A DNA stretch of 64,000 nucleotides, taken from contig NIVC01000010.1 in the NCBI GenBank assembly GCA_002269645.1, forward strand, positions 1,054,001-1,118,000, in the 5' to 3' direction. This document shows positions 35,554 through 48,628 of this stretch, one piece after another. The notes beneath the pieces are model-generated. The model was not told the DNA's origin. It saw nothing but the letters and a program-made list of their open reading frames with translations, and made no database searches. Origin of the DNA: Macrostomum lignano. Taxonomy: Eukaryota. Position numbers and translations under genes: made by a program. The first letter of the stretch is position 1. Each line of letters opens with the position of its first letter.

Positions 35554-36016
35554 AAGATATTCTATGGGTTTGAGGTCGGTATGTGATTAAATCCCGAGAG
35601 CCTTGTTGGGTAGGGGTTGCGTAATGTGGGGGGCTCGCCGCCCCCCACACCCCCCGCTCCCCCACCCCTCAAGGCTCTCGGGATTTAAGTAAAATACCGA
35701 CCTCAAACCCATAGAATATCTTTTTTAAACTACTTTAATTTTGCGGGATGTAATCAGATAAATCCTGGAGCCATACTTGTATGTCTATGGTTGAAGTTGG
35801 GGATGGGGGTGTGGGGGCGAAGCCCCCACATTCTTACCATAGACAAAATTTCATTAAGAAATTTTTCGAGTCACGAAGGAAGAGAATAGAGAAGCTCGCT
35901 TATTTACATACATACAATAATCCTTGCAATATGTCCGGGAAAGTGATCGATTAAATTCCGCAAAATAAAATCTATGTCAATAACCTCCCTGAAAGTGAGC
36001 TTTAAAGTGGTTTAAA
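35554..36016 (+). mobile_element. Interspersed element with a 169-bp internal hairpin and GC-rich palindromes; partner copy inverted at 39019-39359
   Basis: 35554-35722 has arms AAGATATTCTATGGGTTTGAGGTCGGTAT..TTAAATCCCGAGAGCCTTG and their reverse complements. 35710-36016 is a near-identical reverse complement of 39019-39359. Confidence 0.8.
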
Positions 36017-36647
36017 TAAATCTATATGCTCTAGTTGGGTCGAAATAACCTCTGGAGCGTATTGCAAGGCCGCTCAATTTTAATGTTAATAAAGTAGCAC
36101 TGAAGATAACCATTCGAGATTCCAAAACTGAAGGAGCAGTGCAGCGTACTATTTATGCTGCAGTATTCAGTTTTTTTTACTTGTTGTGCCTCAATTAGCT
36201 TTGCTTTGCAGACTTTTTTGTTGCATTTACACTCGTGTACTTATTCCACGATTGGTGATAATTATAGCTATTAAAAATACTACCTTACATAAAGTTCTTC
36301 TAACAAAATGTTCGTCTACGAGTGTTTATTCCGCATAAATTTACATGCATATCTGAATATTAATTCAGGTTTAGCTACTAGACTAGAAGTAAATATACAT
36401 GTACCTGTAACATTATTTAATCAGATTCAATAATTACATCCCAAAAATCGGCCTTTCTAAATCATTCGAGTATACTACTTAAATGTTGCTAGTAGTGTAT
36501 TTATTGATGAATAAATTATACTAACGATAGTAATTGATTTAAAACTGTGCTTAAAGAAGGTAAGAGTAGGATCGAGTGCAAACTTTGTGACCGCGAATTA
36601 CTCTCCAAGTTAAAGATTGGCTGCGGTCTCCAAGCACCTGTCAACAG

Positions 36648-39600
36648 CTACAGTGGGCTTTCGCTGCCATAGAGAATATACCTGACCACCTGGCCAAACA
36701 TGGAATTCAGTCTGCGAACAGAAGTCTCGTTAATCGCTGGACGACTAAATCGCCACAGGTGTAGCAGATGATTGTTGCTCCAATTCCACCTGGGTATTTT
36801 GGTGTTATTGGTGAGATCGCCGTACAGCATGCTCAGCTCCCGTTCGGTCCAACCCGGACGCGCAAAGGACTGGTTCTCCACTCGGCACAGATGCGGATAT
36901 CGTTGCCAAATCTGCTGGGGCAGCAGCACCGAATGCTGAGCCCACTGCCTGTCATCAAAAGTCTGGTAGAGCATGTACCACAGCATTAGGAAAATGTCTC
37001 CTGGTTTGGTCATGAAGGCACCGATGGTCAGACCGATGGATGACTCGCGGCCGATCACGCAGTCAAAACTGCAAAGTTTAATTGAAGATATATCATATAG
37101 TTCTCTAGTAAATACAGTAGTCAATTAGTTAATAAACTCTTGGAAAACATGTGAACCAGAAAGTAATCCTTCAGGCTTGTTCGCACAGCCGTCAAATAAG
37201 AAATCAAATGAAACAACTGATGTTCGAGCTACGTAAATAGCATATGTGTCTACTTGTTTACAAGCAGGATGATTAGGAAAAAATGGTCTGGCGGCGGTGT
37301 GAACTTGTCATAGAGTCCTAAGTCCTGAGTCCTTAAGCTGTCCAACTCTCATACTAAAGTCATTGGGTTCGATTGGGAGGGGGGGGCCGTAGCCCAGCGG
37401 TAGCGCAGCTGCTCTGGTGTGCCAGCGACCCAGGCTCGATTCCAAGTGCAGCCACATTAATTTGGGGCTGAATTGGAATCTCGGCTTGGCTCTGCTCGTG
37501 CAATTAACGGCCTTGAGAGCCAACCCCCCAAGGCGCAGTACAGTGTACATGCCTAACGATAATATAAAGTTAGGGCCGCTGTACACTCCTGTGTGAGTAT
37601 GTGCCTGCGTACGTATCCGCGCGCTTGTATGCCTGCTCAGGGGAGTCGGCGGAATGGGCAGTAATGTCTCTCGCCGGTTGTGTGCCTATGTCGCTTAAAG
37701 TGCGCCAGGGTGCACACAACCCCTGCCTCTAATAAAAAAATTGGGTTCGATTCCGCACAAAGTCGTGTGCGTCGTTCGATTCATAAGAACCAATCCACTT
37801 GACACAGAGCTATAGAGTGTGTACTTGGTGACATCAAGCAAGTCACAACTGCTCTACAACCTGTGTGCTTTCGTGTGCGAACTTACGTGTCTGTGCCCCA
37901 TAGTCAGAAACGTTTATACTACTGTCCAATAGTACTATCTACTTTCACTTTCAGCACCACTCAAAGGCTCGTCGAGTCCGCGACTAGCTGCAGACTGTTA
38001 CCGCTCATTTTGAGTTCAAATTTACTCACCGTCTCAGTGGTTGCAGAGAGCGTAAAGTTAATACGTCAGTGTCCAAAATTATACCACCGATGGTGATGCC
38101 AGTTTCCAGCTTCATCACGTCCACTTGATGCTGGATGACTCGCACGTTTCGATTGAACACTCGTTTGGGCAGCGGTCTCGTTGCTAGCAGCAGCTGGTTC
38201 TGCTTGCCGTGCGCAGTCAGATTACTTTTCAACTGGTGCCAGTAGTGCCCATCGGGCATAGCACTGCACCACAGGATGACGAAGTCAGTTCCGGATAACC
38301 AGGCTGCGCTGAGGAGAGCCACGTAGTGGTGAAACTTTAATTCGACGTAGCGCTGCCTCGGATAGAACAAGAAAAAGTGTACAGCATTTGGAATTGGTTG
38401 CAGTTTGCTGCTACTCGCCCGAATTGCTGAGACGATCCGGTAAGCGCTGAGCTCACGACCGTCCATGGTTCGAAACTGGTGACCGACTAGGCTCAGCCTG
38501 TCCGGATAGTACTCCGACAGCAGAGGAGCCACTTCAATCGAAAGAATAGGAAAATTATAATCTTTTAGCTATCAACACAGTAATACTTAAAGTACTCCAT
38601 GTATATGCGTGTAAAGATGTAGCTTTTATGCTCAGTTTAAAAATATCCCCCCCTATTTTAAGAATCGCTGTACAAGGCTTTCCAGACACTAAAGGCATGC
38701 GCATCTCTATTGGCCCAAACCTTTAAATTTTGCGTTCAGTAAAAAAGTCGCTGTCTGAGGCACATATAGTATAGGTTTCTACGCTCGTACTTACTCAGCG
38801 TGTTGGTTACAACGTTAAAATCTGATGCAGTAGAGACTAGCAATGCTGCAGTGTAATTGCTGCTCAAGCCCAGTCTTACCTCATCGCACTGAAGGTGCCA
38901 CCCTACATGACTTTAACTATTACTGTTCCTGTGTTTCTGGTTTTCCAAAATGTGAGTATTGACATATTTCTTTAACTGAGCGCAAAAGTTATTGTTGGTA
39001 AAAAATAGTTTTATACTCTTAAACCACTTTAAAGCTCACTTTCAGGGAGGTTATTGACATAGATTTTATTTTGCAGGATTTAATCGATCACTTTCCCAGA
39101 CATATTGCAAGGATTATTGTATGTATGTAAATAAGCGAGCTTCTCTATTCTCTTCCTTCGTGACTCGAGAAATTTCTTAATGAAATTTTGTCTATGTTAA
39201 GAATGTGGGGGCTTCGCCCCCACACCCCCAGCAGGGGCTTCGCCCCCACACCCCCATCCCCAACTTCAACCATAGACATACAAGTAACAAGTATGGCTCC
39301 GGGATTTATCTGAATACATTCCGCAAAATTAAAGTAGTTTAAATAAGATATTCTATGGTATTCTATGATATTCTATCTATCTATATCTATATCTATATCT
39401 ATATTAGAGTTACTTGCCTTTATTACTAGGTTTTACCGTGTTTGCGAGCTCCAGAAAGACGCCCGTTTCGAAGAGGTGACGCAAAATCTCTCTCGAGGAA
39501 TTTTGATGCAATGGCTCGTTAAAGAAAGTCCATTCACCTGTGTTGCTGTTGATGCTTGAAAAGTTTGAGTCTGCGTACCAAGTCAGCAGGTTTAGCTTCT

Positions 39601-39700
39601 TGTAGTGCAGTCTTTTTATCAACACAGTCGCAATGGCGCTTATTACCAGCACGGCTGTAACTAGCTTCAGTCGTGACAGTAGGCGAAACTCTTGCGGCAT
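36648..39700 (-). CDS. Golgi type-II alpha-1,4-glycosyltransferase (GT32, A4GNT/A4GALT-like), 3 exons, 407 aa
   Basis: join(39700-39437, 38568-38030, 37068-36648), GT-AG, phases 0 and 2, 1224 nt. N-terminal signal anchor KLVTAVLVISAIATVLI, IPNAVHFF, GGIILDTDV (DXD), LRRFDCVIGRE, HSVLLP, NHLLHLW. Confidence 0.88.
37375..37739 (+). mobile_element. tRNA-derived SINE with a 13-bp TSD (ATTGGGTTCGATT) in glycosyltransferase intron 2
   Basis: A box TAGCCCAGCGG, B-box-like GGCTCGATTCC, AATAAAAAAA tail; identical 13-mers at 37362-37374 and 37740-37752. Confidence 0.9.
39019..39359 (-). mobile_element. Second, inverted copy of the 35554-36016 element, in glycosyltransferase intron 1
   Basis: Reverse-complement match, duplicated GGGGCTTCGCCCCCACACCCCC palindrome, followed by a (CTAT/CTATAT) decay tract. 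Confidence 0.8.
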
Positions 39701-41058
39701 CCCGGAAGTTCAATATTTCATAAACTGTTAAACAAATAAGAAAGAGAATTTATGACGGTTTTTTCCAGTACAGCAAGAAGGCGTATATAGATTATGATGA
39801 CGGATGCAACGATTGTATGAGGGCTGCTACGGACGCGCCCTAGTAAAAAATGTCAATTGTCAATTGTCAGCCATTTTGATTTGTGCGACTTATAACTTCA
39901 CCTCCACTCTCGAGTGGAGACACTGCCGAGATAAAAATGCTTAGAATTAAGTTTTAAATGGAGATTTTCCTGCCAGAATTGCCAACGGTATGAGTTGTGT
40001 GGAATTGTTCCAATGCTCGACTCGAGTGCCGGAGAAGTAAAATCCGATTAAAATTATAACCCAGTGGGTCAGGATGTACATATACGAGAATGTGCGCCTG
40101 GGTGGGTGACCGCCCTTATTGGAGCGACATCCAGCGCCGGACACATTTCTATAGGTCTTATTTCTAGCACAATGTAGAAAAAAAGATCTTTAATGCACCT
40201 GACGGTTGACGTACTTGAGCTGGAGTGGCGCGACAATAGCCTCTCCCCCCAGCTTTGCATTCAGAAAGCCATTTTGCAGATTCAGAAATCAGCGATCATT
40301 TTTAGTTAGTAGCTAACTACTGGATCAACCCTGGCTGCTAAGATTATAAAAAATGCTTAAAAAGAATTTTACCTAAGGCGATTTTAAAACGTTCAATTCG
40401 CGGTATTCACGAGTACGCCAACAATTTTATTCATTTCTGTGCCTTCAATTTTATGACACTTTTTGCGCATGATGTATCATTTATGTGTATCAGTTTCAGA
40501 ATTTTGAAACTTTTGAAATGCTAGGCAAGCTTACATGTAAGTGCCAGGGAAACATCTATGGTCGCTGCGCTCCCCAGGAAGGGACATTGTCGGCTTATTT
40601 TCCATGCAAGAATGGCATTCTTGCACTCTTTTGCGTGCAGGAATGGATTTCTATGGTAAAATCTCACTGAAAAACATTAGGCGCAGAAATGCATTCCTGC
40701 ACGGTTTTGTGCATTCCTGCACGATGAATCATCCGACAATGGAATTCCTTCACGTTCACTCGTGCGTGAAGGACATCGTGCACTCGTGCGCTAGCGCACA
40801 CTCGTGCAGATGTCATTCCCGCACTCGTGACCGTGCAGGAATATATCATTCACCCGCCCACCCCACCCCGCTATCGAGTTTATGGGCATGGTATAGAGTG
40901 AAATGATGCTGCTGCTTATCGATTGCTCGCTAGAGCAGTTTGTACGCGACCTTTTGTAACACCTCTCGTAGTTCATAGCTTGCTAAGTGCAGAAAAAGAA
41001 TTGACAGCAATACTGGGTATTTGCAGCAATCTGCTTTTAAACTTTGCTAAAATAAATC

Positions 41059-41575
41059 ATGGTATTTAATTGCTGTGCTCCACTCTGTCACCAATCTGCC
41101 TCGATATGAGAAGAATCAGGCAGTCTCCATGCACAAATACCTCCATCTACACAACCGAAGCTTTTGGAAAAATGGATCTCTGCAATTCCCCGAAAGTGGA
41201 CAGCAGCAGAGTTGGAGAAGCACAACTACCGGATCTGCTCGATGCATTTTTTGAAAAGGTTATTTGTAACAAACTCTCAGGACTCCAACTCCAACCGTAA
41301 GCGCCCCGCATTTGCAAATGTAGATGGACAAGCAAAGAAGCTGAAAAATCGACGGTTGACTTCTGATGCCGTACCCAGCATCTTTCCAAACGCGCCATCC
41401 TTACTTCAAAAAAACTGTTCCTGATGAGCGACCTACCACAGTGACACCTGCTCAGACTCGGCGAGAGAATGCCATGCGTCGCTGCGAGGATGAGGCAGAA
41501 ACATTCCTCGAAAGCGATGTCATTGGAGGCTTCCCTGATCTACTGGCGTTCGAGCTGCCGATCATTTGCGCTGTT
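41059..41575 (+). pseudogene. Frameshifted THAP-domain ORF, probably the N-terminus of a P-element/THAP9-type transposase
   Basis: MVFNCCAPLC, then (other frame) VSMHKY, then EKWISAIPR..YRICSMHF..RRLTSDAVPSIFP: the C2CH THAP signature, broken by frameshifts and stops. Confidence 0.75.
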
Positions 41576-41599
41576 TTTTTAAGCACGCATCCGAGTCTC

Positions 41600-42460
41600 A
41601 GGTAACATTCTTCACCACCCGTGTGTCCTCTGCTGATAGGATAGAGATCGCAATGTCATCTACTCATGATCATCTACTCATGATCATCTACTCAGACGGC
41701 TCGGTCAGCAAAGGGAAGGGACGGGGAGCTAGGAGCGGTGCTCTGCAGACCCTCAGAGACAAACCGGCCAGGCAGGAGCTGCATTCTGGACAAACTGAGG
41801 AGGCCCGCAGGTACACCCTGCTCATCCACGCAGGCGGAACTGGTGGCTATACAGCTACGAGTAGGACTAGATTTGCTAATTCAACACGAGCCAGATTAGA
41901 CGAAGTTGGTGATCATTGGCGACAGCCAAAGTGCACTCCAGAGCATCGGAGGGAGGTGCAGGAACCCCCTTGCCATAGACATCAGGGATAAGCTATGATG
42001 GCTTGGGAATTCCCGCACACTGCGGCTTGGAAGGCAATGCGATGGCGGACGCTACGGCGAGGGAAGCGGCTGAGGAGGGGCAGACTTTTGCTACGAGGAC
42101 ATAGAGCCTGACGAATTAAGCCACCATCACAAGGAAGTTGGAAGACTGAGGGGAGCGACAGCATGCGAGATGCCGCTGCGTGTACGGGGACAGCAGGATG
42201 GCGAATCAACCCGGCCGGTTCCGGAGCAGGCCAGGGCTGAAGCTGTGAGCTTCAGGAGAATTCGGACAGGGTACCCACTCCATCGAGCTGCACAGCTGCA
42301 GTAAGAGGATTGGCAGGAGCACAAATGATAGGTGCAGAATGCGTGGAGAAGAGGAGAATGTGGGGCAGTGCATGTGGGGCAATGTGGGGCAGGCAGACGC
42401 GACGACACTGATCGATCGCATTGGAATGTATATATTCGAACACGAATGAGGGCCTTTGAA
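41600..42460 (+). mobile_element. Degenerate 3' part of an RNase H-containing non-LTR retrotransposon ORF2
   Basis: IIYSDGSV (RNase H), IPAHCGLEGNAMADATAREAA, RIRTG..HS..RIGRSTNDRCR (start of the C-terminal zinc knuckle); multiple frameshifts. Confidence 0.78.
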
Positions 42461-45400
42461 TAATTGTACATTTAACTGATGGGTTTCAGCCTTCGGGCTC
42501 CTTGTTAGGGAAGCCTTCGGGCCTCAGGTCTGAGAAATAAATCAATTAGAGTCCTGGCACTCCACTCCTGTCAGATGATCAGCCCCATTGGTAGCTTGAT
42601 CGTGTGGCGAGCAGTCTAGGTCCTATAGCTAAGAGATGGACAGCGAGAGACGAGCAGGGAGAATTTTGAAAGTAGAAATTAGCTAATCCGCAGATCAAAT
42701 AACTTGCTGCCACCAGCCAGTGCGCCCTGGCTCACCACACCGGGGCTTAGCACTTACCTGCCAACTAGTGTCTTTTTGCTGTCTATCTCGAAGTCATAGC
42801 CGATGATAAGGGACACTGCTGGGACTAGATCGCATTGGCCATGCAGGTACAGAGGGGACTTGTGCAGGGGATTCTTGCAGTGGCGAGTCTATGGGGTAGC
42901 TACATGTACTATTACATTGCTAAATACGAAGAATTGCACTTTTGGCCTTCAACGCGCGAACTAGCCTCTCCTAGCGCTGATGATAGGCTAATTCGAACAT
43001 CAGAGACCGCATGAATCATTTACCCGAGCCGCTTGGCTAACCTAGAGTGCACAGAGTAAATCTCTGGAGCCGATTTTGCACTATTGGCAATTTTGCTCAC
43101 TGATTTGATAGATTGATCGACTGAGAACTGCCTTGCCATTGGTCCACTGTAACCGGCGCCTACTAGCTTAGCTACTCATCTGAGCCATCGGCGAACAAAG
43201 AAATAAAACCGATAAAAATAACTGTCAGATTTAACCTTCTCTTTAGATCACTTCACACTTCAGATTGAATTGGAGTTTTAGACTACTAGCAGTATTATTG
43301 AATGACTTCTGCCTCAGCAACAGCACTACTGAACAAAATGAGCAAAAGTGTGCGCCTAATTCAGCTACTGAAACAGGGGACAGACAAGGGATCACCCAAT
43401 CAAGCAAGTCTAGGTAGCCTCTCACCCAACCAATCAGAAACTCAACAGCCAGAGACCAGGTAATCCACAGTGACCGAATCGGCTCGATGCTTCGCAGCTG
43501 TAGACTCGAGATGATGCTGTCACAGTCTTCGCAGATAGCTAGCAGGTGATGATCTTAACTTTGATGTTCGCTGCTGGTGACCGGGGGACTCGTCCTTGAT
43601 GATGAGGGGGGGGGGGAGTCGCAATCCGGGGATCAAGAAACGACGGTCAGGCTCCGGGAGGTCTCAAGCTAAGCCAAGTTCCTAGGAGGTACCGGAGGTG
43701 GAGGAAGTTGCAGTCCGAGCGGGTCAAAAACTCCAGTTTAAATAGCCGCCAACTGGACCGCAGTTTGTTATAATGGAACACGTCGATTCTGATTGGCTGA
43801 GCCGTTTTGTTAAAATGAGCGCCGAATTTTCTGATTGGCTAAGCTTGTTGCTACCCAGAATCAGGTGACTGAGAGATCCTATCAGTTCCCACAGGTCATA
43901 AAAAGATGACAGGTGCGGCCATAAATCAATCAAAATTGCAACAAAATGATTTATGACTTTTCGCGTAGGATTGGCAGAAATTAATGAAAAAATATACATT
44001 AGAAAGCTCTTATTAAGTAGAAAGTGAAGATAATAAAGAGAAATCACTAATTGCTAATCCCAAGGTACTTTTAGGGGTAAAACGCATAGCTGTCAAAGCT
44101 GTCACACGCTTGAGTGAACACGAACAATAGGCTCTGACCTCATAAATCTTGATGGCCTGTCAAAATGATGAGAAAAAAAATCTACCGCCCGCATCCTCTC
44201 AGACCATCTGGCGCCCGCCTCAACACTGAGTGAGGCGCAGGTGGTTGTCAGACCAGTTTCGAAAGCGATGATTTATGACCCAAAAAGCTTCGCCTATGTT
44301 ATTATGACTACTAGTATGACCAATCATTATATCAAGTATAGATTCTATGACAATAAGTAGAAAAAGATAAAAATGCCCATTTTGCCCACTGTTAGTAGGC
44401 TAGTAAGTTTAGAGCCCATGTGCTAGCGCGGGATTTGGGAAAAAGTGCGTCCTTATCATAACTCCATAATTGTTGCAAACATTGCTTATGCTCTAGCTTA
44501 TGTACAAGCTTAAGTACTGTACATGTAGTTAACATGTACTGTATACCAGCTGTACGTGTATTTAATTTTAGGGTTATTGGGTGTCACTCAAGTCATTGAG
44601 TGTGTGTGTATACTGTAGGTGCTGGGCTCGAGTTTAGGTGTTGAAGAGATTTTCATTAATTTGCATCAGTATTGTTTCTTTAATAATACACACATGAGGT
44701 AGGACTCAAGTAAAAGTGCATGCTTAAAGACTCAAGCTAGTACATACACATGTCATATTTTTATACAATTGGACCTATGTACACTGCATCTACGAGTATA
44801 AGTATGTGTAGTAACTTATGTAATGTATGTAAAGATCGTGTAATTATTTGGAGGCCCATTTAAGAGAAAAAATACACTGCAAAGATAGAAGAAAAAATTT
44901 GATTTATCAACTTATGCGAATGAATGAAAATAAGAATGCACTTTAATCTAGACTAATAGGCAATTATTGAAAGTCATTGTTTAGGAAAACCAAATTGCTT
45001 ATATTTTCTCGGCAATAGTATGCAAGTCTTGTTATATTTGTTTTGTTTTACAGAATGCTTTTGAATTTAATTTTTAAACCAAATTTTTAACTGTTTTTTA
45101 TATTGTCTGCATGATATTTATGCCCGGCTCCAAACTGCGGTCTGCGGAAAAGTAGAGGTCTTTTGGTTGTTCGTTAACCCGTCAAAGTCAAATGAGAACC
45201 ATACTCTGCCTCGTCATTTAATCAGCAATTGGCAAAACCCAGTTGACAAAGTTGAAGTGACCAGCAGCACAATTGTTTTAATGCCAACCACTTGTCTTGT
45301 AGGCCCTAGCTATCTAAGCATAAGCAAGGAAATAAAAAGAATACAAGTAGGCCCCTAGGGACTTCAGTGAGTGTCCCATGACTTGCCAATTTGCATATGC

Positions 45401-45890
45401 ATATATTGAGTAGAAAAATATTATAAAAACCAGTGTGTAGGCGTAGCCAGGAATTTCCTATGGGAGGGGAAATAGATACACCACGGTGAATTTTCTATGA
45501 AGGGATACACCAAGGTAAAAGTGCTATGACAGAGTCACGTAGTAGCATGTATAGCAGCAAAGGGCAACAAAAAAGTTTTGGTCAGGCTCTTTGTAGGGGA
45601 TACATCCCCCCTATCCCTCCTCCCTATGCCCCTGCTAAAAAACTAACTTTCAAAATCTCATTGAAACTACTAGGCGCCAGCCGCGCCACTGCACCAGTGG
45701 TAGGCCTAATTATAATGTAATGCTATTTCTATTTCTGTTATTTATTATTAAGATTAGATTAGAGACAGTCAATGTCAGTCATTAGGCCTATTAATTTATT
45801 GTAGGCTAGGCCCTAGGCCTATTTATTGCTTTTTCATAAGAATTAAGCCTAATTTAAGAACTTATTGTATAGGGCCTACTATAATAGGCC

Positions 45891-47130
45891 TATTGTTGTA
45901 GTAAAAGTTTTGAGTGTTTTCTTTAAACTTCTAGAACTTTCTCTAGAGAAATTTCTAGAATGTTCTATAGGGTATATAAGAATAACCAATGTGCACTACT
46001 GTATCTATAGATAAGCTCAACCTGTAACTACAATGGCTATACAACAACAAAATCAACATTACCTTATTCAAGCATCTTTACTTTTCTGCTATAAGCTAGG
46101 CAACTCAGTAACTAAGGTGCATTGCAAGTTAGGCCTATGTCAGGCATATAGAAAAGACTATCTAAGCAAACAATGCTACCATACCTGGTTTGTGCAATTC
46201 AAGAATCTCTCAAAAACAAGGAGCACTCTGGTTGCCCACCTGAGCTCAATATATAGTAGCTTGCCTTGCTTGTCAAAGCTAAGCTATATTTAGCAACACA
46301 TAAATGGCAGAGTACTTTAAGGTCTTTGCCATGACCATTGACTGCAGCCTTCATCAACTTGGAAAAGTGCACAAGCTTGGTCAATAGGTTCTGCATAAAC
46401 TTTCATGTGAGAACAAAGATCAATGTATCATCACATGCATCCAACTCCTAGGCCTATCCTATTGTCACAACCTAGGATGGCTCAATGCCTTGGTGACTGG
46501 CAATGAAAAGTGGGTGGCCTATTTTAACATCCCACGCAAGCGTCAGTGGCTTGGCATGGGAGATCAGCCACAACCAATGCCCAAACCTGATCTACACCAA
46601 AAAAAGGTCATGCTATGCATCTGGTGGAATTCCAGTAGAATTGTCCACTGGGAGCTTTTGCCTTGTAACACCAGCATCACTGCCAATGTCTACTGCAAGC
46701 AGCTGGATAGATTGCACCAGGCAATTGTCAAGTAGCAGGGCATTGGCACCAAAATTCTATTTTTTCACAATGCCCAATCTCCTATGGCAAAGAAGACAGA
46801 AGCTGTTCAAGCTGGGCTGGGAAGTCATGCCCCACCCTTCATACTTGCCTGATCTTGTGCCATCAGACTACCACTTGTTCCGCTCAATGTAAAACCACAT
46901 AAATGATGTGATGTTAAAAGACAAGGAGGTGAAAGCCTGGCTTGAGCAATATTTCAAGTCGCTGCCACCTGAGTTCTTTAAGAAGGGCATCCACAATCTC
47001 ATCGCCAGATGGCAATAGGTCATTGATCAAGATGGTGATTATAGCCTAGAATAGAAACTGTTATAGGAATGGAAAAATTAATTCAAAGTTTGAGTACAAA
47101 AATGCTTGAAACTTTTGTTATAACCCAATA
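45891..47130 (+). mobile_element. Decayed mariner (DD34D) transposon, ~1.24 kb
   Basis: VTGNEKWV..RKRQW..DLHQKKVMLCIWW..VHWELLP..ITANVYCKQL, LGWEVMPHPSYLPDLVPSDYHLFRSM, FFKKGIHNL..RWQ. Right end ACTTTTGTTATAACCCAATA is mariner-TIR-like; the left TIR is degenerate. Confidence 0.88.
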
Positions 47131-48628
47131 AATAGGTATAAAATAGAATGAAATTTTGTAGACAGGACTTTTTTGTAACTAGTGCCAATGGTGCAATGCA
47201 ATGGCACTGCACAAGTCAATAGGCCTAAAAGTAGGTGGTGGCCGGTAGGGGCAAAGAAAGTCTGTTGCAGTGCTGCCCCTGGGTGACAAATACAATCCAC
47301 TTTGGTAAAAGCTGATAACCTGAAACATTAATATTAAACATTAAAAATACAAGTTAGAATAGGCTTAACCAATATGCAATAATTTGTATAAATACAAGTC
47401 ACTATATATAAATTTGTAGGCCTAATTCCAATAAATATATTGTGACTGTCACCCTTTTGACCATTGCCATTTTAACTATATATTTTTGATCTATTACCTT
47501 TTTGACTTAAAGTAAAGCCAATTATGCATTGCATGCACCAATGACCTTGATATATGCTATGATTAGGTCTTAACCAGGGTCCAGATCATGTAGTAGTATA
47601 TATACTAGAATAAAAATCCTATTTTAGCTAAATATATGCTAAATATATGACAAAAATAAAAAAATTCCTAAAATATAGGCCTATGCCAAAAATCCATATA
47701 CTAAAAATGAAAATTTTCTTCTAAATAGGCTAAAGGTCATTCATTTTTCAGTTGAGTTTTCTTAAAAAGGGTTTTGTATGAAAATTATTTCTAAAATAAT
47801 ATAAATATTTTATTTTAAACAAACTTAAATTATACCTATAAATTAATGATGCAAAATTTAAGTTTTTAGCTTTACTTTCATTTATTATTAGTTTTAAATA
47901 TGCAAACATTTTATCACTGACTTTCAAGACTATATAAATTTTCTTTATCTTATATAAAAATGTTAATTTATACTATATTTTATGCATGAATTTGTATGCC
48001 AAAATTTATATGTCAAAAATACATGAATTTGTATGCCAACTCTGAAAGGGGTCATTTGTATGCTAGAATTTTTTCATATATTTGTTGTAACCTTCTAGAG
48101 TTTGAGGCCCTGAATCTATTTTTACTTTAACTAAATTAAAAGTGCTTTTTTTCTAAGAAACAGAAAGAAAGCCTATTACAATATTTTGTTATACTTAAGC
48201 TTTGTTTTATATAATAATGAGTTTTATTCCTATAGGTAATTTATTAAGCATATTTAATTTTATTATGTTTATGCTTTTAAAGGTCAACTTGTATTATATA
48301 GTTCTTTAATTAAATTAGACTTATATAAAAATATTGAGCCAACAAAGTGGGCTGGCTTTCTCTAATTCTCTTTATTTGTATACCTAAAGAGTCATCTATA
48401 AAAAGGCTCTTGTTTGCAATATAGCATATGATATAGGTATCTCATATCATTATCTCATAGATATCAACCATGACTATTATATAATCTAACACTGCGATGA
48501 TGCCATTCTGTAAATTCTTATTAAATCTCAAATTTATGCATTAAGCAGGAAAGCAGTTTTCTTTAACAAAGTTACTAAAAGCAACTGGTTAAATAAGTCA
48601 AACAAGAATAATCAGTTAAAGCAGCACA

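Noticed and set aside
41415-44290. Hammerhead ribozyme candidates at CTGATGA/CTGAGTGA (41421, 42975, 44225)
   Set aside because: No stem II closing onto GAAA and no stems I/III.
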